This document shows positions 50,416-60,858 of a stretch of 64,000 bases of DNA, piece after piece. Position 1 is the stretch's first letter, and each line of letters starts with the position of its first letter. Under the pieces are notes generated by a model. The model worked only from the letters and a program-made list of their open reading frames with translations. It searched no databases and was not told where the DNA came from. The position numbers were made by a program, and so were the translations under genes. The DNA lies in assembly GCA_050179755.1 (NCBI GenBank), contig JBFXEV010000001.1, forward strand, positions 169,994 through 233,993, written 5' to 3'. This stretch comes from Candidatus Babeliales bacterium (GTDB lineage Bacteria; Babelota; Babeliae; Babelales; JBFXEV01).

Positions 50416-51516
50416 TCAAGTAACCAGTTGTTCATATTTTTTTGCTAACCTATACATTCTACCCTTACGCGCAGGCTGGGCAACCTCTAAAAAGCCTTCC
50501 TGCACCCACTTTGTGCACCAATTACGCGCAGTGCGATCTGCTATACCAAAACGCTGGGCAATTTGATTAGAAGTAAGTAAAGCATGTTCCTGAAATAAGG
50601 CAAGCACTTGCCGCTGCGCTTTGCTCAATTCTCGCAATATCCCAGTTTGATCTTGTGCTCCAGCCTGCGCAGCTTGGCGTGCACGTAGCTCCACGCGATC
50701 AAATGCGTCTGCCATACCAACACAAAAATATTCAACCCATTGAGTAATGTCAGCCTCTTCTCGCCCCATGTAATAGTTATGCGATGGCCCAATGGTCAAT
50801 GCATCATAATATGCTTGTATATCACGCGCATAATATTCATCAAGAGAATAAATGCCTTTTAGATCATACCCTCCTTGATGCACCAAGAGTGTTGCAAGTA
50901 AACGCGCCGTGCGCCCATTGCCATCTAAATACGGATGAATAGTGGCAAATTGATAATGCGCAATGGCTGCAATAATGGGGCATGGTATAGTATCTTTTTT
51001 TTCAGAAATCCAGGCAACTAGATCTTGCATCAATTCAGGCACATCTTTTGCTTCAGGTGGCATGTATACAATACGCCCCGAACCAGATTCTTTAATAACA
51101 TTTTGGCTCTCTCGATACGGCGATGGTTTTACTTTTACTTTACCACCAGCAATCACCAAAGCGTGCAATGTTTTAATCAAGTCCTGCGTAATGGGCGTAT
51201 TTTGCGCAACATATTTTTGCACCGCTTCTAATGCTTTATAATAGCCGCGTACTTCTTTTTCATCACGCTCACGACCAGGTATCATCTGATCTTTTTTTAT
51301 AACTTCTACCACTTGTTCTTGCGTTAATCGATTGCCTTCTATCATAGTAGAATAATGGACCGTTTGATAACGAGAGGTCTCTCGTAATTTGGCAAGCATG
51401 TGGCCAGTTATTGGCAATAATGACACTGCCTTTTGAGTAGCTTCAATGCGCATTAAAGCTTTTACTATGCTGTGCGTTAAACGATAATGAGGCGTAAATA
51501 GGTGTTTTTTGGGCAT
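50416..51516 (-). CDS. Fic-family protein with N-terminal inhibitory motif and C-terminal HTH
   Basis: HPYLDGNGRTAR; STMIEGN; IAQRFGIADRTAR. Confidence 0.93.
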   Translation of the reverse strand: MPKKHLFTPHYRLTHSIVKALMRIEATQKAVSLLPITGHMLAKLRETSRYQTVHYSTMIEGNRLTQEQVVEVIKKDQMIPGRERDEKEVRGYYKALEAVQKYVAQNTPITQDLIKTLHALVIAGGKVKVKPSPYRESQNVIKESGSGRIVYMPPEAKDVPELMQDLVAWISEKKDTIPCPIIAAIAHYQFATIHPYLDGNGRTARLLATLLVHQGGYDLKGIYSLDEYYARDIQAYYDALTIGPSHNYYMGREEADITQWVEYFCVGMADAFDRVELRARQAAQAGAQDQTGILRELSKAQRQVLALFQEHALLTSNQIAQRFGIADRTARNWCTKWVQEGFLEVAQPARKGRMYRLAKKYEQLVT

Positions 51517-51707
51517 TTAATTCCTTTTTATCGGCCATTTAACGGCATTATCCTTACTTTTAGTATGCCGTTATTTGGCCGATAAATCAAGATTCCGCTT
51601 AATTAGAGGTTTTTAGTACAAGAACAAATCCCTCTTGTGCGATAGAGGTAATTTAAGCTATGCTTTAAGAATCGTAAGCACATAATTTTTAAGAAAGGCA
51701 AACCTAT

Positions 51708-52034
51708 ATGACACTATCCAAAACAATCACGCATCTATTACTCGTAACCGCATGTATCATAAACTCACAATCCTTCTCTATGCATAGCAAGCTCGTACCA
51801 GGCGAAATAGAAATGTTATACTCATCATTTGCTGTTACGTACAGACGATTAGTACCGCCGGAAAACAAGGATGTGGAACTGGCACAATTTAACAGAGTTA
51901 AGGAAAGATATGAAGGATATATTCGTAAAAATGGTGCAGCCGAAGTAGAACCACTTTTGTTTCCACAAGTGGAATTTGATAGACTTGCGCAACTCTACGA
52001 GCAACAAGAAAAGGTAAGACTACACCCGCATTAA
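51708..52034 (+). CDS. Small exported hypothetical protein
   Basis: Signal peptide followed by SMH. Confidence 0.6.
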   Translation: MTLSKTITHLLLVTACIINSQSFSMHSKLVPGEIEMLYSSFAVTYRRLVPPENKDVELAQFNRVKERYEGYIRKNGAAEVEPLLFPQVEFDRLAQLYEQQEKVRLHPH

Positions 52035-52212
52035 CAATACTTACGCTTAATTAAATTTGATCTATATAACAGAGTTGCAACAATACTTGCTTGCAACTTT
52101 TCTGGCATTGACTCCCAAGTCGCTTTCAATTCATCTTTTTTAAGATTGAATCGTTCAGCCATCCAGGGAACAAAATCGTCTTTGGTGGTACAAGCAACTT
52201 CTGGATTAATAC
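52031..52212 (-). pseudogene. Orphan copy of the WD40-family C-terminal module
   Basis: PEVACTTKDDFVPWMAERFNLK..ELKATWESMP nearly identical to the tails of 53516 and 54930. Confidence 0.8.
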
Positions 52213-53529
52213 TTACATTATGTGACATTTTTTTGTTCTTTTCTTACTATTAGCCATTTGATTAATGCGATTTACAAGTGACTCTACTAAACTTGTTTGC
52301 CATTCATTTGGCATAGTTAACCAGACTTTTTGCAATTCGGCATGATCAAGTTTCAACGTTTGGGCAATAAACACAAGTAATTCGGCTGCTTGAGCAGTAG
52401 TAACTTGCATCTTCTTTCTTCTTAGCATGCAGACTTTACTAAAATCACTCAGAACAACAAATAGCATTGTCTGCTCCAACGTTGGCTGATGCCGTTCATA
52501 TGTAAATACATATTGCTCCGAACAAGTTGCCATCCTATTATTTGATGCAAACGCTACAGCATTAACAAAGTCATAATGCTGTAATCTTGTACTTTTTTCA
52601 ATACTATCTAAATTCCATAAATATGCTCCATAATCCCATGATGCTATTGCCACTATATTCTCTTGTGGATGAAAGGCAATGGCGTTAGCCATATTTCCAT
52701 GATGTAGTTCGCGTAATTTATTACCTCCTATATCCCATAAATATACCCGGTAATCCCCTTCCGATGTTGCTAACATATCCCCTTGAGGATTAAATGCTAC
52801 AGCCCTAAGTACATCACCGTGTTGTAATCTTTTTAATTCCACTCCCTCACAATCCCACAAACGAGCTGTAAAATCCCATGAACCTGTAGCCACCATAGTA
52901 CATTGTGGATGAAATGCTACTGCAGTAACCCGATTATTATGATGCAATAAACGATATTTATGATTTTGTAAATTCCATAAAGCTGCTGTGTGATCATATG
53001 ATGCTGTTGCTACCATATTGCCTTGTGGATGAAATGCTACTGCGGTAATCATCTCTTTGCCATGTGAAAATCTACTTAATTCAGAACCATCTAACGCCAA
53101 TAAGCGTATTTTATTCTCCGATGCTGTAGCAAGCATAGTGCCATTTGGATGAAACGCCACCGCATTCACTTCAATATTATTGTTTAATTTTACTACTTTA
53201 TTATTTGCAAAATTTAATAAAAATGCCGCGTGACAGGTTGCCATAGCAAGCATAGTACCTCGCGGATTATATGCTATATCTTTAACATAACCATCTACAT
53301 CTATTGTATGACTTTTACACCACATTTTGCCAAAATTATTACGGGCATCTATATGTTGTACAATCAAACTTTTAACATCTCTAGACGCATGTTCAAAACA
53401 ATCAGCAAGATTAAAATACTGGTACAGCGATTTTGTTTTTTGAACCAAGGCTTGTTCCATGACAAAAACAGGCTGTACGCTGAGAATTTGAATAAATACC
53501 AATACAAAAAGTAAGTTACTTTTTATCAT
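52213..53529 (-). CDS. Exported WD40-repeat protein
   Basis: Repeated AVAFHPQG.MVATAS.D.TA.LW units. Confidence 0.92.
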   Translation of the reverse strand: MIKSNLLFVLVFIQILSVQPVFVMEQALVQKTKSLYQYFNLADCFEHASRDVKSLIVQHIDARNNFGKMWCKSHTIDVDGYVKDIAYNPRGTMLAMATCHAAFLLNFANNKVVKLNNNIEVNAVAFHPNGTMLATASENKIRLLALDGSELSRFSHGKEMITAVAFHPQGNMVATASYDHTAALWNLQNHKYRLLHHNNRVTAVAFHPQCTMVATGSWDFTARLWDCEGVELKRLQHGDVLRAVAFNPQGDMLATSEGDYRVYLWDIGGNKLRELHHGNMANAIAFHPQENIVAIASWDYGAYLWNLDSIEKSTRLQHYDFVNAVAFASNNRMATCSEQYVFTYERHQPTLEQTMLFVVLSDFSKVCMLRRKKMQVTTAQAAELLVFIAQTLKLDHAELQKVWLTMPNEWQTSLVESLVNRINQMANSKKRTKKCHIM

Positions 53530-54916
53530 GAGCTATATTGCTTGCTCGGTATAAAAGAGTATTTACAATACTTGTTTGCAACTTCTCTGGCATTGACTCC
53601 CAGGTTGCTTTCAATTCATCTTCTTTAAGATTAAATCGTTCAGCCATCCAAGGAACAAAATCGTCTTTGGTGGTACAGGCAACCTCTGGATCAATACATA
53701 AAACCCTACATCCTACTAAAAATTCTTGAAGCCTTCTGCGCAATAACACTTGTAGCAATGTGGGATTTTGATATTGCTTCCATACAACAGCTGCACTCTC
53801 CCTACCCGGCAAAACAATTGACTTATTACCTCCAACGGCAACAAATCGAGCTCCATCTGGGGCAAACGCAACTTCTTTAACTATGCTATGCTGATCTAAT
53901 TGCAACAATCTATTGCCTTCAAGGTCTCTTAACTGAATAAAACCCAATTGTGAAGCAACTGCCAAAAGATGACCTTTAGGATGAAATTTAATGTCATTAA
54001 CTTCAGCCAAACCTTCAGGATATAACTTTCCAACAAGTGAGCAGCGCTTGTGCCGCAAAGTGGGCAAAGAATCATCATGAACATCAAAGAGCGTGATATC
54101 TCCATTAAAACAAGTTGTTGCAAGCGATTTTCCATGAGGTGCAAATGCAACTGCCGTAAGTTCATTAGTATGCGCGAGCGTACCAATCTTTTTCCATGCA
54201 GCATTCCAGAGCATAAGCCTAGTGCCTTGCGCTAATGCAAACAAAGAACCTTCAGGATGAAACGTCATGCCCAGAATTTCTCTTCTTTGAAAATATGGAC
54301 GTGCGGTAGTAAGCTGCGCAATGTCTTGCTCTTTATCAAAATCAATAACTGTTACGGAGTCTTTCTCCCTGGCACCAAAAAGCGCATGACGAATGTTTGA
54401 AGTTACGACCACCACGCTGTTATTACATGGATGCACTAATATAGACCTTATATCCTCGGCAAAATCTCTGATATGATATCTCAATTGATTATGCCAGCTT
54501 ACAATGCTAATTCTCTTGCCAATAGCGTCAGCCTTTATTGAATGATTTAAAGCAGTCTTATGCATTTCGCCTGGAACCGAGACAGAACTACTTCCCTTCT
54601 TTTTTGAAACTATTTCTTTAAGCGTGGAAAACTGCCATGCACGCATTATACAATCTTCAGCGCATGTTAAAAGAAGATCTTGAGTGGGATCAGGGTGCGC
54701 TATAGCAGCGCCCACAAAGCAACCATGCGGCAAAACACCTTCCGAATACCACCACCCAGCAGGGCCTACAATATGCTGCGCAAGCAATCTTCTCATATCG
54801 CCCTGCGCCTGAAAAGCCGTTGGCACATTGTAATGCTGATAAAGAGATTGAGGCGCCATGCCAAAAATAGCGTGGAGGTAGAAGCAAAAAATAAATAATA
54901 AAAAGCGTTGACTCAT
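53516..54916 (-). CDS. Exported WD40-repeat protein
   Basis: FHPEG, AVAFAPHG, IKFHPKG, VAFAPDG; shared C-terminal module. Confidence 0.88.
   Translation of the reverse strand: MSQRFLLFIFCFYLHAIFGMAPQSLYQHYNVPTAFQAQGDMRRLLAQHIVGPAGWWYSEGVLPHGCFVGAAIAHPDPTQDLLLTCAEDCIMRAWQFSTLKEIVSKKKGSSSVSVPGEMHKTALNHSIKADAIGKRISIVSWHNQLRYHIRDFAEDIRSILVHPCNNSVVVVTSNIRHALFGAREKDSVTVIDFDKEQDIAQLTTARPYFQRREILGMTFHPEGSLFALAQGTRLMLWNAAWKKIGTLAHTNELTAVAFAPHGKSLATTCFNGDITLFDVHDDSLPTLRHKRCSLVGKLYPEGLAEVNDIKFHPKGHLLAVASQLGFIQLRDLEGNRLLQLDQHSIVKEVAFAPDGARFVAVGGNKSIVLPGRESAAVVWKQYQNPTLLQVLLRRRLQEFLVGCRVLCIDPEVACTTKDDFVPWMAERFNLKEDELKATWESMPEKLQTSIVNTLLYRASNIAHDKK
53589..53795. repeat. About 207-bp near-identical direct repeat (copy 1; copy 2 at 55048-55254)
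   Basis: Only about 3 mismatches seen by eye. Confidence 0.9.
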
Positions 54917-54929
54917 AACACAATATCTT

Positions 54930-56399
54930 TCATTCTAGAGTTTGCTTTTTGAGAGCCTGTTCCTTTGCTCTATACTGTGCATGCACTACTTGTATCTTTT
55001 GCGCGCGAGATATCAACGTTTCAAAAATACTCTGACGCAAATCTTGCGGCATTGACTCCCAAGTCGCTTTCAATTCATCTTCTTTTAGATTAAATCGTTC
55101 AGCCATCCAAGGAACAAAATCGTCTTTGGTGGTACAGGCAACCTCTGGATCAATACATAAAACCCTACATCCTACTAAAAATTCTTGAAGCCTTCTGCGC
55201 AATAACACTTGTAGCAATGTGGGATTTTGATATTGCTTCCATACAACAGCTGCATTATCTTTGTTTTTTAACACTGTTGAGTTATTCCCACCCACCGCAA
55301 CAAGACCTGTACCCCCAGAAAGAAATGTAAGTTCTTTAACTATGGCGTGCTGAGATATTTGAACTAATCTAGCGCCTACTACATCTTTAAGCTGTATAAA
55401 TCCCTGTTGTGAAGCTATTGCCAAAAGTTTACCATTTGGATGAAATTTAATATCATTAATTTCTGGTGTGCCCTGAGAATGTAGCCTAGAATCCAACGAA
55501 CAACGCCAATGCCGTATGCTTGGCAACTCCATGCCATGCAGATCAAAAAGCCCTACAGCCCCGTTATGGCAAGCAGTCGCAAGCATTGTGCCTTGCCCAT
55601 TAAATGCCACAGCAGATATTGGACTATCGTGCGCTACTACGCCTACTTTTTTCCATGCATCATTCCATAATGCCAACCTAGTATGCTGCCCCAAGGCAAA
55701 CAAGCAACCTTCGGGATGCAGCGCCATAGCTCGGACATTTCTTTGCACAGGATAATAATGAGTACCAAATTCCACCAGTGTTTTTTTTGTCTCTAAATCA
55801 ACAACTTTTACAAAATCCTTGCGTTTAAATTGCCCATTATGAGGAATAGTATCAACAGATGACACAATGAGCAATTCTTTTTTGAATGGATGTGGTAACG
55901 CTGACCGTATATTTATATCAGATCCTATTGTTATTTCTGCTTTGTTAACAGTCGCCACAACGCACCGATTTAAAGCATTTGCACAAATGGAAAAATTTCT
56001 ATTAAGAGTTACTGTATTCATCTCTCCTTCAAGAGGAACCACAGTCGCTTTTTTATAGTTTGAAATTTGTGTATTCTCTTTCAAATCCCAACCGCGCATA
56101 TTGCCATCTTCCGCTGCAGTAAATACCCAAGGCAAAGTCGGGTGTGCTGCTACAGAATAAACAAAACAACCGTGTGGCAGCTCTACATCTGGGTACCACC
56201 AGCCCGCAGGCCCTACAATATACTGCGCAAGAGATTTGGTCATATCTCTCTGTACCTGAAAAGCCGTTGGCACATTGTAATGTTCAAACAAAGATTGCGG
56301 AGCTTTGTCCATTGCAACTACCGGGCACGCACAAACAATTAAAAGAACGATGGCAAGACATGAAGTAATGGCTAACTTGGCTGTTACTAATAAACTCAT
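54930..56399 (-). CDS. Exported WD40-repeat protein, paralogue of 53516
   Basis: Collinear motifs with 53516; shared N-terminal (HYNVPTAFQ...VGPAGWWY) and C-terminal modules. Confidence 0.88.
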   Translation of the reverse strand: MSLLVTAKLAITSCLAIVLLIVCACPVVAMDKAPQSLFEHYNVPTAFQVQRDMTKSLAQYIVGPAGWWYPDVELPHGCFVYSVAAHPTLPWVFTAAEDGNMRGWDLKENTQISNYKKATVVPLEGEMNTVTLNRNFSICANALNRCVVATVNKAEITIGSDINIRSALPHPFKKELLIVSSVDTIPHNGQFKRKDFVKVVDLETKKTLVEFGTHYYPVQRNVRAMALHPEGCLFALGQHTRLALWNDAWKKVGVVAHDSPISAVAFNGQGTMLATACHNGAVGLFDLHGMELPSIRHWRCSLDSRLHSQGTPEINDIKFHPNGKLLAIASQQGFIQLKDVVGARLVQISQHAIVKELTFLSGGTGLVAVGGNNSTVLKNKDNAAVVWKQYQNPTLLQVLLRRRLQEFLVGCRVLCIDPEVACTTKDDFVPWMAERFNLKEDELKATWESMPQDLRQSIFETLISRAQKIQVVHAQYRAKEQALKKQTLE

Positions 56400-56407
56400 G
56401 ATTTCTC

Positions 56408-56452
56408 TAAAAAAAAGCTGCTCATTTTTATTTTCATAAAATTGAGCAGCTT
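56408..56452 (-). terminator. Probable terminator after typA
   Basis: AAGCTGCTCA...TGAGCAGCTT with T-run on minus strand. Confidence 0.65.
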
Positions 56453-56476
56453 AACTATTCTCTTAAATTTTTGATA

Positions 56477-58270
56477 TTAATTCTTCTTACGGAACGTTTC
56501 CTTAAGAATCTTCTTTCTCAAGCGCAATGAAAGAGGTGTCACCTCAATCAATTCATCTGGGCGAATCCATTCCATAGATTTTTCAAGCTCAAGCTTGCGA
56601 ACTGGCGCCAACTGCACTGCATCATCAGTACCAGAAGCTCGCATATTCGTCAGTTTTTTAAGCTTACACGGATTCACGGTTAAATCATTATCGCGGCTAT
56701 GCTCACCAACAATTTGACCTTCATACACTTTGTCAGTAGGCTCCACAAAAAGGATACCACGTTCTTGCAACGTATCTAGCGCATACGCAGTAACCGTGCC
56801 ATTTTCCATAGAAACTAAGGCACCTTTGGTGCGCACGGGAATTTCACCTTTAAACGGCTCGTATCCTGCAAATTGAAAGTTAAGCAAACCGGTGCCACGC
56901 GTGTCGGTCATAAATTGGCTCTTAAAGCCCATAAGACCACGTGATGGCACTTCAAACTCAAGGCGTACACGCCCGTCATCATAGGTTTGCATATCTTTAA
57001 GTTGAGCTTTTTTCATGCCAAGACGTTCAATAACAATACCTTGATACGCTTGATCCACGTCAACAATCACATGCTCAATTGGTTCATACTTTTTACCGTC
57101 AATCATTTTGTAAATAACTTCAGGAGCACTAAGTTGCAACTCAAAGCCTTCCCGGCGCATGTTTTCTACCAAAACGCCAAGGTGCAATTGCCCGCGGCCT
57201 GAAATCTTAAATGTTTCAGGAGAATCAGTTGGTTCTACACGCAATGCAACGTTTGTTTTAAGTTCTTTTTCAAGGCGTTCTTTAATCTGGCGAGACGTAA
57301 GCAATTTACCTTCGCGGCCATTAAACGGTGAGTCGTTTACCGACATATACATAGAAAGGGTTGGTTCATCAACAGAAACATACGGATACGGAGCTACATG
57401 CTCAGGTTCACAAATAGTCATGCCAATGGATACGGGTTCGGTAAAGCCTGCCATGGCAATAATATCACCAACGCTCACTTCATCAACTTCCATGCGGTTC
57501 AAACCAAGAAACGTGTAAAGTTTAGTAGCCTTCATAGGCTTGCTTACTTTATCGTCTTTTGCAAGCACAAATTGCTCACCAACTCTGAGCGAGCCACTGA
57601 ATACACGGCCAATAGCAATAATGCCCAAAAAGTCAGAATGGTCTAAGCTGGTTACCAAAATCTGCAAATGTGCTTCTTTTGGCGTTGGTGCAGGAATTTT
57701 TTCTATAATAGTTTGCAATAGCGGGGTCATGTCCCCAGATGTTGCTTTGGGATCAAAACCTGCAAAGCCGTTTCTACCAGAACCATACAGCACCGGGTAA
57801 TTCAATTGAGAATCATTAGTTGCCAAGTCTAAGAACAAATCTTGCACTGAAGATTCAGTTTTTTCAACATCAGCATCTTTACGATCAATTTTATTAATAA
57901 ATACGATTGGCTTTAAATTTAGTTCTAATGCTTTTTTGAGTACAAATCGCGTGCCAGGCAATACGCCTTCTGCAGCATCTACAAGTAAAAGAAATCCTTC
58001 TACCATTTGCAAGGTACGTTCAACTTCACCACCAAAGTCACTGTGACCAGGAGTGTCTACAATATTGATTGCATGATTATTAAAACGAATACCAGTTTGC
58101 TTTGCAAGAATGGTAATACCACGTTCACGTTCAAGATCATTAGAATCCATCACACGATCGGCCGCTGCGAGCGTGCCAGATTGCGTGAGCAATTGATCAA
58201 CCAAGGTTGTTTTGCCATGGTCAACGTGAGCTATAATGGCTATATTACGAAGCTTTGAGCTATCTTTCAT
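56477..58270 (-). CDS. typA: Translational GTPase TypA/BipA
   Basis: AHVDHGKTTLVD, ERERGITILAK, DTPGHSDFGGEVER, GRGQLHL, KKLTNMRASG. Confidence 0.97.
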   Translation of the reverse strand: MKDSSKLRNIAIIAHVDHGKTTLVDQLLTQSGTLAAADRVMDSNDLERERGITILAKQTGIRFNNHAINIVDTPGHSDFGGEVERTLQMVEGFLLLVDAAEGVLPGTRFVLKKALELNLKPIVFINKIDRKDADVEKTESSVQDLFLDLATNDSQLNYPVLYGSGRNGFAGFDPKATSGDMTPLLQTIIEKIPAPTPKEAHLQILVTSLDHSDFLGIIAIGRVFSGSLRVGEQFVLAKDDKVSKPMKATKLYTFLGLNRMEVDEVSVGDIIAMAGFTEPVSIGMTICEPEHVAPYPYVSVDEPTLSMYMSVNDSPFNGREGKLLTSRQIKERLEKELKTNVALRVEPTDSPETFKISGRGQLHLGVLVENMRREGFELQLSAPEVIYKMIDGKKYEPIEHVIVDVDQAYQGIVIERLGMKKAQLKDMQTYDDGRVRLEFEVPSRGLMGFKSQFMTDTRGTGLLNFQFAGYEPFKGEIPVRTKGALVSMENGTVTAYALDTLQERGILFVEPTDKVYEGQIVGEHSRDNDLTVNPCKLKKLTNMRASGTDDAVQLAPVRKLELEKSMEWIRPDELIEVTPLSLRLRKKILKETFRKKN

Positions 58271-58285
58271 AAAATTCCGAAAAGG

Positions 58286-58317
58286 TAAAAGAAGCCCACA
58301 GTATCTGTGAGCTTCTT
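58286..58317 (-). terminator. Probable terminator after rpsR
   Basis: AGAAGCCCACAG/CTGTGAGCTTCT hairpin with T-run on minus strand. Confidence 0.6.
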
Positions 58318-58336
58318 GATAAGTATCGAGAGATAA

Positions 58337-58624
58337 TTAATAACGTGGTGCGCAATACGCAATCAACGCCATTGTTCTAGATTGGCGAATAGCGCCAGAC
58401 AATTGACGTTGATGGAAACAGCAGTTTCCAGAAATGCGAGAAGGCAATATTTTACCACGTTCAGTCAAGAAGGCACGCAATAAGTTAACATTTTTGTAAT
58501 CAATAGTGCCTGCTTTTTCTTCGTTGCCACAAAAACGGCAGTTTTTAGGCGGAGAAAAAGTTTTACGGCGTGATTTCTTGCGAATTAAGCGAGCGCTAAT
58601 TTTAAGTTTTGCTTTAGTAACCAT
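58337..58624 (-). CDS. rpsR: 30S ribosomal protein S18 (Cys-containing form)
   Basis: [25 protein letters not shown]. Confidence 0.96.
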   Translation of the reverse strand: MVTKAKLKISARLIRKKSRRKTFSPPKNCRFCGNEEKAGTIDYKNVNLLRAFLTERGKILPSRISGNCCFHQRQLSGAIRQSRTMALIAYCAPRY

Positions 58625-58635
58625 ACGGTCGATCC

Positions 58636-59106
58636 TTAATATGAGTTATAGTCTAATTGAGCGTCATCACCAAGCCCTGCTTCTCCAGACATATCGTTTG
58701 GTGAAAGCAAGCCGTCCATTTTATTATCACGTAAGAATTGACCAACATCACGTGTTGGCACGTCTTCTACTGAATCAGGACGTTGATATTCAAGTGATGC
58801 TTTTGCATTCAATGCGCACGTCATGTAACGAGCAACAATATGATTATATTTAACCGCAAATAAGGCGTTGATTGCTGCAAGCAATTCTTGTTTTTTCTCA
58901 GAAGAAACTTCAAAACGGCTTAAAAAGTAGATACCATAATCGTTTCTTTTGATAGGGAATGCAAGGCGCAATTTGCCCCATCGTTCATAGGAAATTACGT
59001 TGCCAGCATGTTGTTGCACAATTTTTTGAAACTCTTTTTCAAGAGTAGACGTTTCATCTGAGGTGATCTCAGGGATCGCGAGTATAAGAACTTCGTAGCG
59101 TTCCAT
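58636..59106 (-). CDS. rpsF: 30S ribosomal protein S6
   Basis: [19 protein letters not shown]...G.Y; upstream of rpsR. Confidence 0.93.
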   Translation of the reverse strand: MERYEVLILAIPEITSDETSTLEKEFQKIVQQHAGNVISYERWGKLRLAFPIKRNDYGIYFLSRFEVSSEKKQELLAAINALFAVKYNHIVARYMTCALNAKASLEYQRPDSVEDVPTRDVGQFLRDNKMDGLLSPNDMSGEAGLGDDAQLDYNSY

Positions 59107-59211
59107 CAAGGTATGTCCTTTGTACTAAGTGGAAATGATATAACCCCATTTTACCGGGGCATACATTATAAGACGGTCCATCCGTCTTATTTAGTTATTT
59201 CACCTTTAACA

Positions 59212-59237
59212 TCCTTCGACAAGCTCAGGATGAGCGG
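59212..59237. repeat. REP-like family A copy
   Basis: TCCTTCGACAAGCTCAGGATGAGCGG; one mismatch to the reverse complement of 47451-47476. Confidence 0.8.
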
Positions 59238-59386
59238 TGACTAAAAAAGTATAGCAGAAAGATCCAAAAATGCGAGTCTTTTGCGCCTTTGCTTACCGCT
59301 TGGGCATGACTTTGCTGGCTCTTTCTGCTATAACTGTTAAATTTCCAAAAATCATCCCGCGCGAAGCATGAGCCCGGGATTTGAAT

Positions 59387-60061
59387 TTATGCCATTTTTT
59401 GCTGGCGTTGCACGACTCTGCCAATAATTCTAAAGTGATCTTTACCACGAATCAACGCAATAGGCGCTTGTTTGTGATTTACTGATTCAAGGACCACAAA
59501 GTCTTCAGTAAAAGTAACTTGCATAATGCCGCGAACCGGCGTTTCATTGCCATATTCCACTGCTGCAATATCACCTGAGCGCGTCCACACTTCTGGAGAA
59601 ATGATCAACACGTCACCTTTTACAAAGGTAGGAGACATTTGGTTATCATTGATAGAAAGTGCAAACATTGCAGAGTCATTCGCGTTTAATACCGGAACAA
59701 ACTCGTCTTTATGACCAGATGTCACTTGTGCAAGTTGGTTGTTATAAGGCGATGGGTTTGCAGGGATTTCGCCTACGATTGGCACCACTTGAACCTTTAA
59801 ATCAACTTCTGTTGATTCAGGCAGGCTTACGTTGCTTTCCACGTTATCAGTGCGGCCACGGCGCTGAGCAAATAATTCAATAGGGCTTAATTCAAAGGCA
59901 TTGGCTAACTTACGCAAAGAATCTTCATTCCAGCGGCGGGTGCCATTTTTAATGTGAGTAAGGTAACTTTCAGACATCCCTGTTTTCTCAGCAAGTATCT
60001 TAGTAGTCCAGCCCTTTTCACGTAGTAATTCTTTTACGCGTAATTCCGTAGAAGATGACAT
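59387..60061 (-). CDS. XRE HTH + S24 (LexA/CI-like) transcriptional regulator
   Basis: LAEKTGMSESYLTHIKNG HTH; VPIVGEIPA, FAL...M.P.F..GD, IIGRVV; AGGAGG RBS before ATG 60061. Confidence 0.85.
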   Translation of the reverse strand: MSSSTELRVKELLREKGWTTKILAEKTGMSESYLTHIKNGTRRWNEDSLRKLANAFELSPIELFAQRRGRTDNVESNVSLPESTEVDLKVQVVPIVGEIPANPSPYNNQLAQVTSGHKDEFVPVLNANDSAMFALSINDNQMSPTFVKGDVLIISPEVWTRSGDIAAVEYGNETPVRGIMQVTFTEDFVVLESVNHKQAPIALIRGKDHFRIIGRVVQRQQKMA

Positions 60062-60171
60062 AGCCAGTTCCTCCTGGTAAAGTATAGTATAATGTATGAT
60101 TAAAATTGACACAGCTTTATATTCTAATAGTACTGACTTCTGAAGAACTTGTCAAATGGAAAAATTAAATC

Positions 60172-60858
60172 ATGACAACCCTCAAATATCTGCCAAATTT
60201 TGTCAAAAACAGGTTTGAAAAGGCTTCCTGGAGCACAAATCAGCTGGTTTGCGGCATAGATGAGGTGGGCAGGGGGTGCCTGGCTGGTCCTTTGGTAGTA
60301 GCAGCTGTTATTTTACCTGTAAATCGCTCATATAAGCTCCTTAAAGACTCAAAAATACTCAGCGCCAAAGAATTACAACTTGCAAGTAGCTGGATCATCA
60401 AAAATTGCCATTTTAGCATAGTTCCGGTGCATCATCGGCTCATAGATAGCCGCAATGTTTATCAGGCAACGCTCTTTGCTATGGCGCGAGCAGTCATGCA
60501 GGTTTGTACTCTGTCTGCTCAAAAACCGGCTCAGATTGTGGTAGACGCCATGCCCTTAAAACTTACTGCAACACCCTATCACGATATCCCTATAGCGCAC
60601 TTTATTAAAGGTGAAAGCAAATCCAGTTCCATTGCAGCAGCCTCTATCATTGCCAAAGTATATCGAGACAATCTTATTACTGAATATGATAAATTAATTC
60701 CAGGATATTACTTGGAAGAACATAAAGGCTATGGCACCGAGCAACACCGTAATGCGCTTAATACTCTCGGCAAATCATTTATACATAGAACCACGTTTAT
60801 AAAAAAGGTAACTTGTGGCAACTCTTACGACACTCAACACCAACAAACCATTTGCTGA
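60172..60858 (+). CDS. rnhB: Ribonuclease HII
   Basis: GIDEVGRGCLAGP, DSK, SIAAASIIAKV.RD, HKGYGT..H. Confidence 0.96.
   Translation: MTTLKYLPNFVKNRFEKASWSTNQLVCGIDEVGRGCLAGPLVVAAVILPVNRSYKLLKDSKILSAKELQLASSWIIKNCHFSIVPVHHRLIDSRNVYQATLFAMARAVMQVCTLSAQKPAQIVVDAMPLKLTATPYHDIPIAHFIKGESKSSSIAAASIIAKVYRDNLITEYDKLIPGYYLEEHKGYGTEQHRNALNTLGKSFIHRTTFIKKVTCGNSYDTQHQQTIC

Noticed and set aside
50416..51516. Fic gene as part of a toxin-antitoxin pair
   Set aside because: It carries its own inhibitory S...EG motif and no antitoxin ORF is adjacent; a common stand-alone type
59387..60061. Prophage repressor interpretation
   Set aside because: No integrase, cro-like or structural phage genes nearby
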